Shown piece after piece: positions 1 through 14,046 of a stretch of 64,000 nucleotides of DNA. The notes beneath the pieces were generated by a model. That model saw only the letters and a list, made by a program, of their open reading frames with translations. It did no database searches and was not told the DNA's origin. This DNA is from Octopus vulgaris (lineage: Eukaryota): the NCBI GenBank assembly GCA_951406725.2, contig OX597832.1:28706001-28770000 (forward strand), written 5' to 3'. The stretch's first letter is position 1. Every line of letters starts with the position of its first letter. Both the position numbers and the translations under genes were made by a program.

Positions 1-242
1 TCAAATGATGTTGGGGGGGGGGTACAAACATAGACACACAAACATATACACACACATGCATATATGTATACATATATACGACGGGCTTCTTTCACTTTCC
101 ATCTGCCAAATCCACTCACAAGGCTTTGGTCGGCCCGAGGCTATAGTAGAAAACACTTGCCCAAGTAGCCACGCAGTGGGACTGAACCCGGAACCATGTG
201 GTTGGTAAGCAAGCTACTAACCACACAGCCACTCCTGCGCCT
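1..242 (-). mobile_element. tRNA-derived SINE, family A (truncated by window edge)
   Basis: Reverse complement starts GGCGCAGGAGTGGCTGTGTGGT (A-box-like) then GGTTCAGTCCC (B-box-like); same sequence recurs at 27241, 27627-28040 and 61367. Confidence 0.85.
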
Positions 243-479
243 ATAATAAAAGACTTTGGATCCGTGACCATCCTGCCTTGTTTTACAACCATTGTACTTC
301 TAGAACATTATTTCTCCCAACCTTCAGTTTTTAAATTAGTAATATGTGATTTAATGGTAATTGAGAATTATTTCTAGCGGGTGAGGCATCCACGTAGCGG
401 TGTGGCTCTTGGTTGTAAGTCATCCGGCTGTTGTTGTTGTTGTCCCCCTCCTTCTTCCTCTTCTTCTTCTTCTTCTTAT

Positions 480-579
480 GGAGCTTAATAAACACTCACA
501 ATGCCCAGTCTGGGTATCGAAACCGCGTTCTTACGACCGCGAGTCTGCTGCCCTAACCACTGGGCCATTGCGCCTCCAC
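480..579 (-). mobile_element. SINE family B, tRNA-like head only
   Basis: Reverse complement GTGGAGGCGCAATGGCCCAGTGGTTAGGGC...GGTTTCGATACCC matches the head of the full copy at 2972-3356. Confidence 0.8.
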
Positions 580-811
580 TCCGGTTGTTGTTTTAATACC
601 TGCAGTCGTTTAACTTCAATGGAAGACACTAACGATCACAAGTATTCCAACCATAACCACCACGTCTGTTGAGAATATGTACATCCTTTCCGTTTCATAT
701 CTCCTTTCCGTTTAAGAAGGTACGATTTGAAAGAGTTTTGGTCTCTATTTCTTGCGACGTGAATGACCAGGTATATTATTGATGTTGTTGTTGTTGTTTG
801 CATTGCTGCAG

Positions 812-843
<32 letters not shown>

Positions 844-1335
844 ACTTTATCTGTTGTTTTTGTTAAAGTGTTCACTCCAACCTCTCCATTTGCAGATCGT
901 TGCCATGGAGATAACTAATTGGAAAATCGCTTGACCATTGTTCTAGTTGTTGTGGTCATGTTGACTTATTGTGAGGCAAGCTGCCCTAACAGAAGCATGG
1001 ACACACCGACACACACACACACACACACACACAGAGCAGATGTAATTATCAACAATTACACAAGCACACACACATACACACACAATGTGTGTGTGTGTGT
1101 GTGTGTACATCTTAATGCGCCTGTATGAATTTGTTACTCTTTTTGCAAATGTCTAATTAATAACTCTGTATGTGTGTGTGCGTGTGTCTGCATGTAAGTG
1201 TGTGTTTATGAATGCGTGTGAGTGTACGGATGTGTGTGTGTGTGTGTACGGGTGTGTGTGTGTGAGTGAGAGAGAGAATCTTTATATTAAAATTGTTAAC
1301 GTCAGTACAATCGAGAGATATTAATTAAATCAACA

Positions 1336-1798
1336 GATGACGATGACGATGATGGTCATAATCATCATCATCGTCATCGTCGTTATCGTCGTCGTCGTCG
1401 TCGTCGTCGTCCTCCTCCTCCTCCTCATCATCATCATCATCAGCATCCTCATCCTCATCATCTTCATCATCTTCATCATCGTTGTCATCCTCATCCTCCT
1501 CACCATCCTCCTCCTCCTCATCGTCGTCGTCGTCATCATCATCATCATCATCATCATCCTCGCTATCATCGTCTTCATCATCATTATCATTGTCGCCGTC
1601 GTCGTCTTCATCATAATCATCATCATCGCCATCGTCGTCATCCCCCTCCTTCTCCTCCTCCTCCTCATCATCATCATTATCGTCATCGTCTTCTCATTCA
1701 TCATCATCATTATCATCATCATCATCATCATCCTCATCACCCTCCTCCACCTCCTCCTCCTCATCATCATCATCATCATCGTCGCCGTCGTCGTCGAC

Positions 1799-1836
<38 letters not shown>

Positions 1837-1917
1837 CATCACCCTCCTCCTCCTCCTCCTCATCATCATCATCATCATCGTCGTCATTATCATCGTCGCC
1901 GTCGTCGTCGACTTCAT

Positions 1918-1964
<47 letters not shown>

Positions 1965-1981
1965 ACATCATCATCATCATC
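1336..1981. repeat. Mixed trinucleotide tract (ATC/GTC/CTC)n
   Basis: About 650 bp of (NTC)n; source of the poly-M/poly-I/poly-D ORFs. Confidence 0.95.
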
Positions 1982-2971
1982 TGAACTGGCAAACGATCGA
2001 AATTGGTGAATTCTTGCAGGCGTTTCCATCACTATTGATTGATGACTTTCCCATCTCCTAACTGACTAAAACTGACTAAAATAGTTTATTTCCTTCCAAA
2101 TAATGGATTTACCATTCCTGCAAAGTTGGTCTTTGCATTAACTAAATATAAACCATTCAGTTATTCATCAACACTAACATTTCACTCTCAACAACCACCT
2201 AATTTGCTCGTGTGTATTCTATACACATGATATTGTAGTCAAGAAAATCTCATTTGTTTTCGCTCATGAATATTTCACAGCTTTCATTTCATATTTTGAC
2301 TCATTTGTGTCATCAGCATCGCTGCAGCTTTCTATATTGTTTTTTCTTTATCTTCAGGAACTCTCCTTTCTACACATTCCATTTTCTGGCCATGACACCA
2401 TATCCCATAAGGAAATACTGCCGCGATCCCATTTTCAGACAACTACTTACGATAAGGACCGCACTTGTGGTTTTAAAACCTGGGAGTTTTCATCGGTTTC
2501 AACTTGTAAATCTTTCGCCTACATCCTATCTCTTTTGTACATCCGGTATTTTGCCGTCAATTTCTATTCCTGGATTACGAAATCTAATCCTTCAAAGTGA
2601 AATGTACTACATCGCCTGTTACTCCAGCATGGGCTACTTTGGCTTTCAATATCACTGCCATTTCAATATGCCTGACAACCCGGCCATGCATGACGTTTTG
2701 CAGATAACCATGCACTGAGATATTAAAATTTGAGATAATGAACAATTGTTTTCAAGAAATTAATTCCTTCTTCAGAATCTCAATTTCTTATCGATTCCGT
2801 TTCCAATGCATTTTCCTTGTATCTCCGCATTTCTTTGTTTGGTTGGATTCTTCAACGTGGATTAAGTTTTGCAGTTTGGAACCGATTTAGATCCATTGTT
2901 GTCGACATATTCTTCATAACGGAATTAGTGCAACACCTCGATATTTCGGGAACCTTTTTTTCATTTACAGC

Positions 2972-3356
2972 TTGAAGCACTCCGTCGGTTACGATGACGA
3001 GGGTTCCGGTTGATCTGAACCAACGGACCAGCCTGCTCGTGAAATTAACGTGTACGTGGCTGAGCACTCCACAGACACGTGTACCCTTAACGTAGTTCTC
3101 GGGGATATTCAGCGTGACACAGAGAGTGACAAGGCCGGCCCTTTGAAATACAGGTACAACAGAAACAGGAAGTAAGAGTGAGAGAAAGTTGTGGTGAAAG
3201 AGTACAGCAGGGATCATCACCATCCCCTGCCGGAGCCTCGTGGAGCTTTAGGTGTTTTCGCTCAATAAACACTCACAACGTCCGGTCTGGGAATCGAAAC
3301 CGCGATCCTATGACCGCGAGTCCGCTGCCCTAACCACTGGGCCATTGCGCCTCCAC
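2972..3356 (-). mobile_element. Full-length SINE family B (body B + tail X) with 11-bp TSD
   Basis: tRNA-like head (TGGCCCAGTGG, GGTTTCGATTCCC on - strand); identical direct repeat TCATTTACAGC at 2961-2971 and 3357-3367. Confidence 0.92.
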
Positions 3357-3611
3357 TCATTTACAGCATACATCTAACAAAAACCAGCTCAAAATACTCT
3401 CCCGCAAAGACTCGACGCTCACACGACTCTCTCAGTTAAGAAACAGTTGGTATTGTTCGCCCCACCCACAGAATTTTTGGGCCTTGTGCCAAGAGCAGAA
3501 AAGAATTGTTGTTCACAGCCGAAATTTGAACTACGAAAGCCAAAACAACAGAATGAAATAATCTACTGATATGCTAATTGAGAAACTGGCGGCCACTTGA
3601 CCTGGCAGTTA

Positions 3612-3820
3612 ATTGATCGAGTGACCAACTGATCGAACGATCGACTGATTGAACGACCAACTTATCTAACAAGCAACTAACCGAACGACCGATTGATCGA
3701 ACGACTAATTGACCGATTGACTGAACGACCAATTGATCGAATGTCCAAGTAACCTGGCGATCAATTGACCAACAATGAATTGATCAAGTTCAGTTAGTCA
3801 ATCAACTAAACTACCAACTT
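3612..3820. repeat. Degenerate minisatellite, unit about TGATCGAACGACCAAC
   Basis: Recurrent GATCGAACGAC / GACCAACT / GACCGATT motifs at roughly 16-bp spacing. Confidence 0.7.
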
Positions 3821-4125
3821 ATTGAATTGTGGCTTAAGCGGCTGAGTATTCCATAGACATGCGTGACCTTGCTGCATAATTTCACGAAAAATATGAATGA
3901 CACAACGTATGACATTTTGAATTACAATTAATTTAACAGGTTTCCACACAGTTTTCTTTTAGCTAATTTCAATTACAAGGCTTGGGGAATTTCGAAACCA
4001 CGGAAAAATGTTTTCACAAGGTGCCACGAAGTAGGAACGAACCCGGAATCCTATGAATGAAAAGAGTTTTTCACAAAAATACACTCAGATATAGTGATCC
4101 GCGTACATATCTGCATACCCACACG

Positions 4126-4168
<43 letters not shown>

Positions 4169-4760
4169 GAAGAAGCATGAACTCTCTCCCTCCCGCTCTC
4201 TCTCTCACACACACACACACACATATATACACATATAGCTACATAGACAAACAGATAGTCCATAGACACACAGATATACACACTCATACACCCACACAAT
4301 GTTAATATAAAACCAGGCTCTAATTAAATAAAACGTGAACTGTCATGAAAGTGAGGTTTTCAAATATTTGGATCGGGTTTCAAATTCCGGGCAAGCATAT
4401 GTAATTACATTCTACAATTGTCTTTTGTTTTTATTGACTTCGTGTCACATATCTAATGGCAAGCAGACCATATCACCTATCTGTGGCCAGTAGATTTAAT
4501 GTCGGTCAGTCTGACCCAGTACTGTTTGTTTATAATTCACCAGTGATCATTCTGTCCAAGCAATGGCGAAAATGTTCGAATAGGGGTAAGTACTTGTCAC
4601 CAGTGGCCCGGATCAGAATGTCCCAGCAAATATCGATATATTCTTCAAAGGGTCAATATGAATAATCATTGGTCACGATGGATATTATTAGTGATTTAGC
4701 GGTTACTCTGTGTCACATATTGACCATTGTATGTTACAAGCGGCCATATATATATATATA

Positions 4761-4900
4761 TTTACATACAAAATTTAAAGGACTGACCACTTTTAGTGGT
4801 CAGTCCTTTAAATTTTGTTTGTAAAAATATTTTAATCTTCGGATTTTTTTAATATGCTAGGCCACTGGTTTTAATTGATTAATATCAATTTCTACCCTTA
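4761..4900. mobile_element. Hairpin-plus-tail element in (TA)n, probable Penelope-like pseudo-LTR end
   Basis: 31-bp arms (4761-4791 / 4795-4825, one mismatch, TTT loop) plus a 75-bp tail that is the reverse complement of 23845-23921. Confidence 0.65.
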
Positions 4901-4904
4901 TTCA

Positions 4905-4958
<54 letters not shown>

Positions 4959-5001
4959 CACATATATGTGTGTGTGTGTGTGTGTGTGCGTGCGTGTGTG
5001 T

Positions 5002-5053
<52 letters not shown>

Positions 5054-5305
5054 ACACTTTATTGATTTCGTGTTACATACCTTAAGGTAAGCAGACCATG
5101 TCACCTGTATGTTGGATTGTTGGTATGGCTGATTTTGTATATGTGGAATAGTATTATAACCCATTTTGATATGTATGTGTATATGTAGGTATGTATGCAT
5201 GTATGTATCAGGCACGTGCCGCCAGTAATTACTCAGGGTAGGCAGTTGGTGACCTTTACGTTGTAAAACACACAAAAAATAAGCGAAACACAAGCGTGCG
5301 ACTGA

Positions 5306-5692
5306 GTGGGTAGTAAAGAAATAGGTATTTTGTCTGCCGTTACGTTCTGAGTTCAAATTCCGCCGAGGTCGACTTTGCCTTTCATCCCTTCGGGGTCGAT
5401 TAAATAAGTACCAGTTACGCACTGGGGTCGATATAATCGACTTAATCCGTTTGTCTGTCCTTGTTTGTCCTCTCCGTGTTTAGCCCCTTGTGGGTAGTAA
5501 AGAAATAGGTATTTCGTCTGGTGTTACGTTCTGAGTTCAAATTCCGCCGAGGTCGACTTTGCCTTTCATCCTTTCGCGGTCGATAAATTAAGTACCAGTT
5601 ACGCACTGGCGTCGATATAATCGACTTAATCCCTTTGTCTGTCCTTGTTTGTCCCCTCTATGTTTAGCCCCTTGTGGGCAATAAAGAAAAAA
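5306..5692 (+). mobile_element. Tandem dimer of headless SINE family D units (184-bp period)
   Basis: GTGGG(TAG/CAA)TAAAGAAA at 5306, 5490 and 5674; each unit has GAGTTCAAATTCC and GGTCGACTTTGCCTTTCATCC also found in family D copies at 19335 and 44322. Confidence 0.85.
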
Positions 5693-6282
5693 GGGAATAA
5701 ACCAGATACCTGGTTAGCTTCGCTGCGTACAACAGATCCGACACTACACAACACGAAGGTGTTAAACAAGGCGACGTGTTATTTCGTATTCAATTATGAA
5801 TGTAAAAAACATTGAGAAACAACAAACAAGGAAGACATTGCGTAGGAGTGAATGAAATTGTTGAACGAGGGAAGGAAAAACGAAAGAAAAGTGAGCTGGT
5901 AAATATTATTAATACACATTTGATAAAGTTTTTTATGAAAGAGGAAATGTAAGTCTACTTAACAGAAGAATCCCAAATTTCCATTTTGTTGGGCGTTAAA
6001 TGATCGAGAGAAGATTTCTTTGATAAATACTGGGCTGGGAGGTCTGCCAACTTTCAATCATCGGAGAAAAACACATCGTACAAGAATTAGGGAGACGGGA
6101 AAAGAGAGACGGATATACAAACTAATAGATAATAGAATATATATAATATATATGCAATATATGATATATATATATATATACATAAATATATACATGCATA
6201 TATATAATACATATAATACATATGCCTGTATATATATGGATATATACACACACACATATATATACTAGTATATACATACATA

Positions 6283-6321
<39 letters not shown>

Positions 6322-6339
6322 TTATATATACATATATAT

Positions 6340-6376
<37 letters not shown>

Positions 6377-6460
6377 ATGAGTGTATGTATATACACAGAG
6401 AAAGTTGGGAAAGGGGGAGTGAGTAGGGAGAAAGAACGCAAATGACTGAGATAGATAGAT

Positions 6461-6498
<38 letters not shown>

Positions 6499-6638
6499 TA
6501 TATTACGAAGATATATGGAAATGATATTTAAAGAGATAAACAGACGTGCATATATATGTGTGTGTTCAAGTGTGTCTGAATGTATATGTGTATTTATGAA
6601 TGCATTTATGTATATTCGTGTGTGTTTATATATGAACG

Positions 6639-6687
<49 letters not shown>

Positions 6688-6735
6688 TACACACATATAT
6701 ATATATATGTATGTATATATATATATATATATATG

Positions 6736-6779
<44 letters not shown>

Positions 6780-7036
6780 TATATACATATATATACATAT
6801 ATATATGTGTATGTATGTATATATATATATATATGTGTGTGTATGTGGAAAAGGGAGAGGCAGACAGACAGACAGACAGACAGACAGGCTGAGACGGGGG
6901 GTACTTATGCGCAGAAAGACGAACACATACAAGTAGACAAGCGAACGTTTTTGAACACATCTCCGTGAAACTGTCCGCCATAAGCTGCGTAAATAAACGA
7001 AGACGAAAACCAGGAAAAAGACAAACGATTCCAATG

Positions 7037-7082
<46 letters not shown>

Positions 7083-7209
7083 GAAGAAGAAGAAGAAGAA
7101 GAAGAAGATGAAGAAGACTTGTTATACGGAACTTCATTATCTGAGTCTATCTTGTTAAATATATATTTATATTTCAACAACAGCAACCATCGCCGCCGCC
7201 GCCGACGCC

Positions 7210-7280
<71 letters not shown>

Positions 7281-7469
7281 AACAACTACTACCACCACTA
7301 CTACTACTACTACCACTGCTGCTGCTGAGTTTGTTTAAACATAAAGATCATTTCCTGTTTTCCTTCTCTATTCACTGATATATTGATGTCGCCTTGTTTT
7401 CTTGCAGCATATCACTTCTGTTCTTCATTATTTTAAATATGCGTGTACATACATATGTATATACATATG

Positions 7470-7534
<65 letters not shown>

Positions 7535-7545
7535 ATATGTATATA

Positions 7546-7585
<40 letters not shown>

Positions 7586-7714
7586 TACATATACATATAT
7601 ACACATACATCTAGGTATATATATGAAAATATACGCATTAGCATTTGTATATGTATGTATATGCATGGGTACACACACACACACACACTATATATATACA
7701 CACATATTAATATA

Positions 7715-7765
<51 letters not shown>

Positions 7766-8092
7766 TTATATACATATACGTTATAAGTATATGTGTATAC
7801 ACACATACATGTGTATACACACATACATGTGTATATATGTGTGTGTGTGTGTCTGCGCGTGTGTGTGTGCGTGTGTATAAGCACTTCAGCCTTGGGTGAT
7901 ATAATTATATTTAAAGTAACTGAGATGTTTAATCACTGAAAGTATACAACCTCTCAGCAGGTAGGCGGGGCTATGATGTTATATGAATTAAATAAACAGG
8001 AAGAAGAGCCTCAAATATACCGCAAGAAGAAACGTAATGACTGCCGCCATCTTCCTCATAGAATATCACATGATGCCGGGTTTTATCCGCTA

Positions 8093-8490
8093 CGTCACTG
8101 GACAGCGGCCATGCTGGGGCATCCCCTTGAAGCATTTTGGTCGAAGAAATCGCCATTAATACTTATTTTTAAGCCTGGCGCTTATAACATCGGTATCTTT
8201 TGCCGAACTGCTATGTTTAAGAGATGTAAACATGCTAACACCGGATAGCGGGGAATGGGGGTGAAGCAAACACACACGCTTGGACACGCATACGTACACA
8301 CACACACACACAAACACACAAATATATGATGGGCTTCCACACAGTTTCTGCCTATCAAGTTCACTCACATGGTTTTGGTCGGCCCTGAAGCAAGAGTAGG
8401 AGATACTTGCTCAAGGTGCCATGCAGTGGGACCAACTGAACCTGAAGCCAAATCTTTGCAAACCGAGCTCCTAACCACACGGCTATGCCT
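8093..8490 (-). mobile_element. Diverged SINE family A copy
   Basis: Colinear but diverged match to 27627-28040 (GGCCATGCTGG, TTTTGCCGAAC, TTGGTCGGCCC, CAAGGTGCCATGCAGTGGGA). Confidence 0.75.
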
Positions 8491-8607
8491 TAGCCGGAAA
8501 TTAAGATACGCAAGACTTGTCCCAAGTTTAAAATGGGACATTGCTTTTCTTATTTATATTCCAACGATGGAGATTTTATCTTTGTTAGAAACCAGCTCCT
8601 TAAGAGA

Positions 8608-10361
8608 ACATACATACATACATACATACACACATACATACATACATACACACATACATACATAGATACATACATACATACATACATACATACATACACA
8701 CATACATACATACATACACACATACATACATAGATACATACATACATACATACATACATACATACACACATACACACATACATACATACATACATACACA
8801 CACACATACATACATACATACATACATACATACATACATACATACATACATACATACATACACACACACACATACATACATACATACATACATACATACA
8901 TACATACATACATACATACATACATACATACATACATACATACATACATACATACATACATACATACATACATACATACATACACACATACATACATACA
9001 TACATACATACACATACATACATACATACATACATACACATACATACATTCATACATACATTACATACATACACATACATACATACATACATACATACAT
9101 ACACATACATACATACATACATACATACATACATACATACATACATACATACATACATACATACATACATACATACATACATACATACACACATACATAC
9201 ATACATACATACATACATACACACATACATACATACACACACACATACATACATACATACATACACACATACATACACACATACATACATACATACATAC
9301 ATACATACATACATACATACATACATACATACATACATACATACATACATACATACATACATACATGCACACACACATACATACACACATACATACATAC
9401 ATACATACATACACACACACATACATACATACATACATACATACATACATACATACATACATACACACATACATACATACACACATACATACATACATAC
9501 ATACATACATACATACATACATACATACATACACACACACATACATACATACATACATACATACATACATACACACATACATACATACATACATACATAC
9601 ATACATACATACATACATACACATACATACATACATACATACATACATACATACATACATACATACATACATACATACATACATACATACATACATACAT
9701 ACATACATACATACATACATACATACATACATACATACATACATACATACATACATACATACATACATACATACATACATACATACATACATACATACAT
9801 ACATACACACGTACATACATACATACATACATACATACATACATACATACATACATACATACATACATACATACATACATACATACATACATACATGCAT
9901 ACATACATACATACATACACACATACACACACATACATACATACACACATACATACATACATACATACATACATACATACATACATACATACATACATAC
10001 ATACATACATACATACATACATACACATACATACATACATACATACATACATACATACATACATACATACATACATACATACACACATACACACACATAC
10101 ATACACACGTACATACATACATACATACATACATACATACATACATACGTACATACATACATACATACATACATACACACATACATACATACATACATAC
10201 ATACATACATACATACACACGTACATACATACATACATACATACATACATACATACATACATACATACATACATACATACACACGTACATACATACATAC
10301 ATACATACATACATACATACATACATACATACATACATACATACATACATACATACATACA
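8608..10361. repeat. (CATA)n array of about 1.75 kb with CACA/CGTA interruptions
   Basis: Directly visible; explains the 300-600 aa MYVC/HTYI ORFs. Confidence 0.98.
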
Positions 10362-10736
10362 TTAACAAAAATGAGCTTTGAGAAATAACTCAGAGTAGCC
10401 AAAGGTGTGTATTGGACCAACACAGACAAATACAGGTATATCAAATACCATCAAACATAAATTCCTGATTTATCAAAATCCTCTCCGCCCTCAGATGATG
10501 TATCACGATTAGCAAATAGGAATTTAAACCAATTCCCCTTGAGAATGGAAGATATTTCAAGATTCAAGTATTCTCCAGAGCTGACATGCCATTAAGGAAA
10601 AGGGCAGGCTGGTTGTTTGGAGATGGGCATTTGTTTCAGGCTCTAAAGCCGTCATCAGCACAGCAGTTGTCCGACCTTATCCTCAATAACTAAAGGGCTT
10701 ACACTTAAACACATTCATGGCATATATCAATATATA

Positions 10737-10994
10737 TATTTCGTTCTGGGATTTGGTTTGTAAGATTCTTTATATGAGTTCGTGTGTTGAAGTATATTTT
10801 GTTGTGTCTGGGGAGAGTCATTTTTTTGTGCCTTATAATATAACACACTCACTGGTAAAATTTCCACTTTTTTCTTATTTTTATATAATTATTATATTGT
10901 ATTTATATAAAAATAAGAAAAAAGTGGAAATTTTACCGGTGAGTGTTATATTATAAGGCACAAAAAGAAAATGACTCTCCCCAGACATAACGCA

Positions 10995-10999
<5 letters not shown>
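10737..10999. mobile_element. Second hairpin-plus-tail element family in (TA)n, probable Penelope-like end
   Basis: Imperfect arms of about 95 bp (10793-10889 / 10902-10999) with an unpaired extension of about 55 bp on the left; TA runs on both sides. Confidence 0.6.
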
Positions 11000-11029
<30 letters not shown>

Positions 11030-11337
11030 CGCACACAAACTCACGTCTGTATATACAGTAGATAAACGTATAGCAGTCAAGGTGGTGAAATATCTAAGTT
11101 TATCAACACAAGATATTATTTGATCGTCCAGAGTGTACAGTGTCTCAACAGGTATGAAATCATGTTTATTTGTTATAAAATAAACGAAACGTATGAACCA
11201 CAATATTCCACACAACCAGATTACAGAATATTTGACGTACACATGCATAACCACCCACATACACTCGTACATATATTTTATGTATGTATGTGTATATACA
11301 TATATGCGTACATACAGCAACAGCAATTATATTATTA

Positions 11338-11413
<76 letters not shown>

Positions 11414-11420
11414 CATTATC

Positions 11421-11465
<45 letters not shown>

Positions 11466-12019
11466 GAGTGAGCGAGCAGAGCATGCCATCAAAGTGACAC
11501 TGGGGTAAAATATACGAAGCCCAGTATACCCATCATGACTACCCGTCTGATAAGGGTACACCAGGCACATGCATCACAACCATATGTGCGCGACATGGTG
11601 ATCTCATATCAAGATAAACAGCACATGACCTTGCAGGTGGAACCCAGTTAGAATTTTCTTCAGATCGAGTAACCCATCCCGCTCAAAAGGTCCCTGAATA
11701 AGGGTTGTTTAAGGACGTTGAACGAAACACCCATGTTTCCAGAGGTGAATTATTCAAACCCCAAAGAATCCTTCTCAACACATGGCTATGATGCTCCCCC
11801 ACTACTTCTGCTCGTGATCAGAGATGCACATATCGTCAGCCACTAAGGGACATGCTCAACTGGTTAAGGTCAAACAACTGACAAGCAAATCTGTGGTATT
11901 GAGCAGAATATTTGCTGTAGCCCATCTTTTATACCAAGACAAAACAATGTACATGATAACACTTCCAATCAGTTAAGATCAGAAGCCATGAGAGCCACTG
12001 CCTGGTACTGCATCAGGGC

Positions 12020-12020
<1 letters not shown>
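11466..12020. mobile_element. 555-bp non-autonomous retroelement-like repeat in (TAT)n, copy 1
   Basis: About 97% identical to 12069-12623 (about 15 substitutions by eye); flanked by (TAT)n; its left part is homologous to 44050-44311. Confidence 0.85.
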
Positions 12021-12068
<48 letters not shown>

Positions 12069-12622
12069 GAGTGAGCGAGCAGAGCATGCCATCAAAGTGA
12101 CACTGGGGTAAAATAACCGAAGCCCAATATACCCATCATGACTACCCGTCTGATAAAGGTACACCAGGCACATGCATCACAACCATATGTGCGCGACATG
12201 GTGATCTCATATCAAGATAAACAGCACATGACCTTGCAGGTGGGGCCCAGTTAGAATTTTCTTCAGGTTGTGTAGCCCATCCCGCTCAAAAGGTCCCTGA
12301 ATAAGGGTTGTTTAAGGACGTTGAACGAAACACCTATGTTTCCAGAGGTGAATTATTCAAACCCCAAAGAATCCTTCTCAACACATGGCTATGATGCTCC
12401 CCCACTACTTCTGCTCGTGATCAGAGATGCACATATCGTCAGCCACTAAGGAACATGCTCAACTGGTTAATGTCAAACAACTGACAAGCAGATCTGTGGT
12501 ATTGAGCAGAATATTTGCTGTAGCCCATCTTTTATACCAAGACAAAACAATGTACATGATAACACTTCCAATCAGTTAAGATCATAAGCCATGAGAGCCA
12601 CTGCCTGGTACTGCATCAGGGC

Positions 12623-12623
<1 letters not shown>
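12069..12623. mobile_element. 555-bp non-autonomous retroelement-like repeat in (TAT)n, copy 2
   Basis: Same termini (GAGTGAGCGAGC...CATCAGGGCA) and orientation as copy 1. Confidence 0.85.
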
Positions 12624-12704
<81 letters not shown>

Positions 12705-12707
<3 letters not shown>

Positions 12708-12858
12708 TAGTTTTATTTTTATAGCGTGCTTTCACTTCACTACCGAGCGCAGCTCTGTGTGCCTTGGGTATGTGCTGTGATTTGTTGTGATGCTCTGATG
12801 GTTATTGTATGGAAAGTGTTCTGCGTAGGATGTGTGCAGTGCCTAGTAGTGCAATTTT
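12705..12858 (-). mobile_element. 3' end of an R4/Dong-like non-LTR retrotransposon in (TAA)n
   Basis: Minus strand translates KIALLGTAHILRRTLSIQ*, resembling the C-terminus of R4-clade RLE elements, then a short 3' UTR running into (TAA)n, the known Dong target. Confidence 0.8.
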
Positions 12859-12898
12859 GTTGTTATTATTATCATTATTATTATTATCATTATTATTA

Positions 12899-13050
<152 letters not shown>

Positions 13051-13976
13051 TGTTAATGTAGTTATCGATCTTGTTAAAGTCGAGTGTTTTACCGTGACTT
13101 TAAGCTTTCTCGCGTGATAGGCAAATGTCAATTGCTATATCAACAGAGATATATTTTCAATGTGTGACGTTGTCCCTATTGTTCATTTCAGATAGATCGA
13201 ATAAGTTTTATTGCACTGTTGCAATTTTTCCAGACAAAATTTCTTTTTGTAACGACATATTGATACTATCTCTGTTTTTCTTTAACGATGTCTGTTTATT
13301 CTATTATTATATCGTATTTATCTCTCATACATAAATGGCAACAATTTGTTCCATTTACGTTAGATGTGCAGTGTTTGTTGGTTGGCCAATTGATGTACTA
13401 ATAGCAATATTTAACACATCTTTCTTTCAAGTTTCATGCATAAAAAATTTTGCAAAAGAAAATCAAATACTTATCCCTTGGAGAAGAGAAGTCTTATATT
13501 TTGGCTCAGGACTCTTCATCAGTGAGAGGAAATATCTACATCTCTGTCTGATTATCTCTTTTCTTTCTCCCCCCTCCTCTCTAATTATCTTATTTATCTA
13601 TCGATCGCTTTTGCTTGGTGAAGGCTTTTGCTCCGAAACCTCAGACTTTTTCGTTTCCAACCGGTAAAAAAAACAACAACTTTATTCCACATTGTAAACG
13701 TTTTGCTCTTATTGCAGACATAGACGATTGACAATACAAGCAACACAACAACGACAACGATAGCCGTTATCACAACACCAGGACGACGGTGACCACCACC
13801 AAGAAGAAAAAGAAAACGAAGAGGAAGAGGAAGAACAAGAAAAACAACAACAGCAACAACAACAACATCAACAATAGGATAAAATAAAAAGGGAAAAATC
13901 AACTTCCCATATCTCTGAGACATATAAAATACAAAAAAACGAGAATTAAAAAACAGCAGCAAAGTTACTACTACTT

Positions 13977-14046
<70 letters not shown>

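Noticed and set aside
1330-2032. Poly-M, poly-I and D/E-rich ORFs, including a possible acidic protein at 1694-2032
   Set aside because: Open in several frames only because of the (NTC)n repeat; no supporting gene structure.
2040-2960. Possible decayed gag/zinc-knuckle or RT (ADDT) remnant on the minus strand
   Set aside because: Motifs need several assumed mutations and frameshifts; a profile search would be required.
8550-10444. ORFs of 300-600 aa (MYVC/HTYI repeats)
   Set aside because: They are translations of (CATA)n, which lacks stop codons; no coding complexity.
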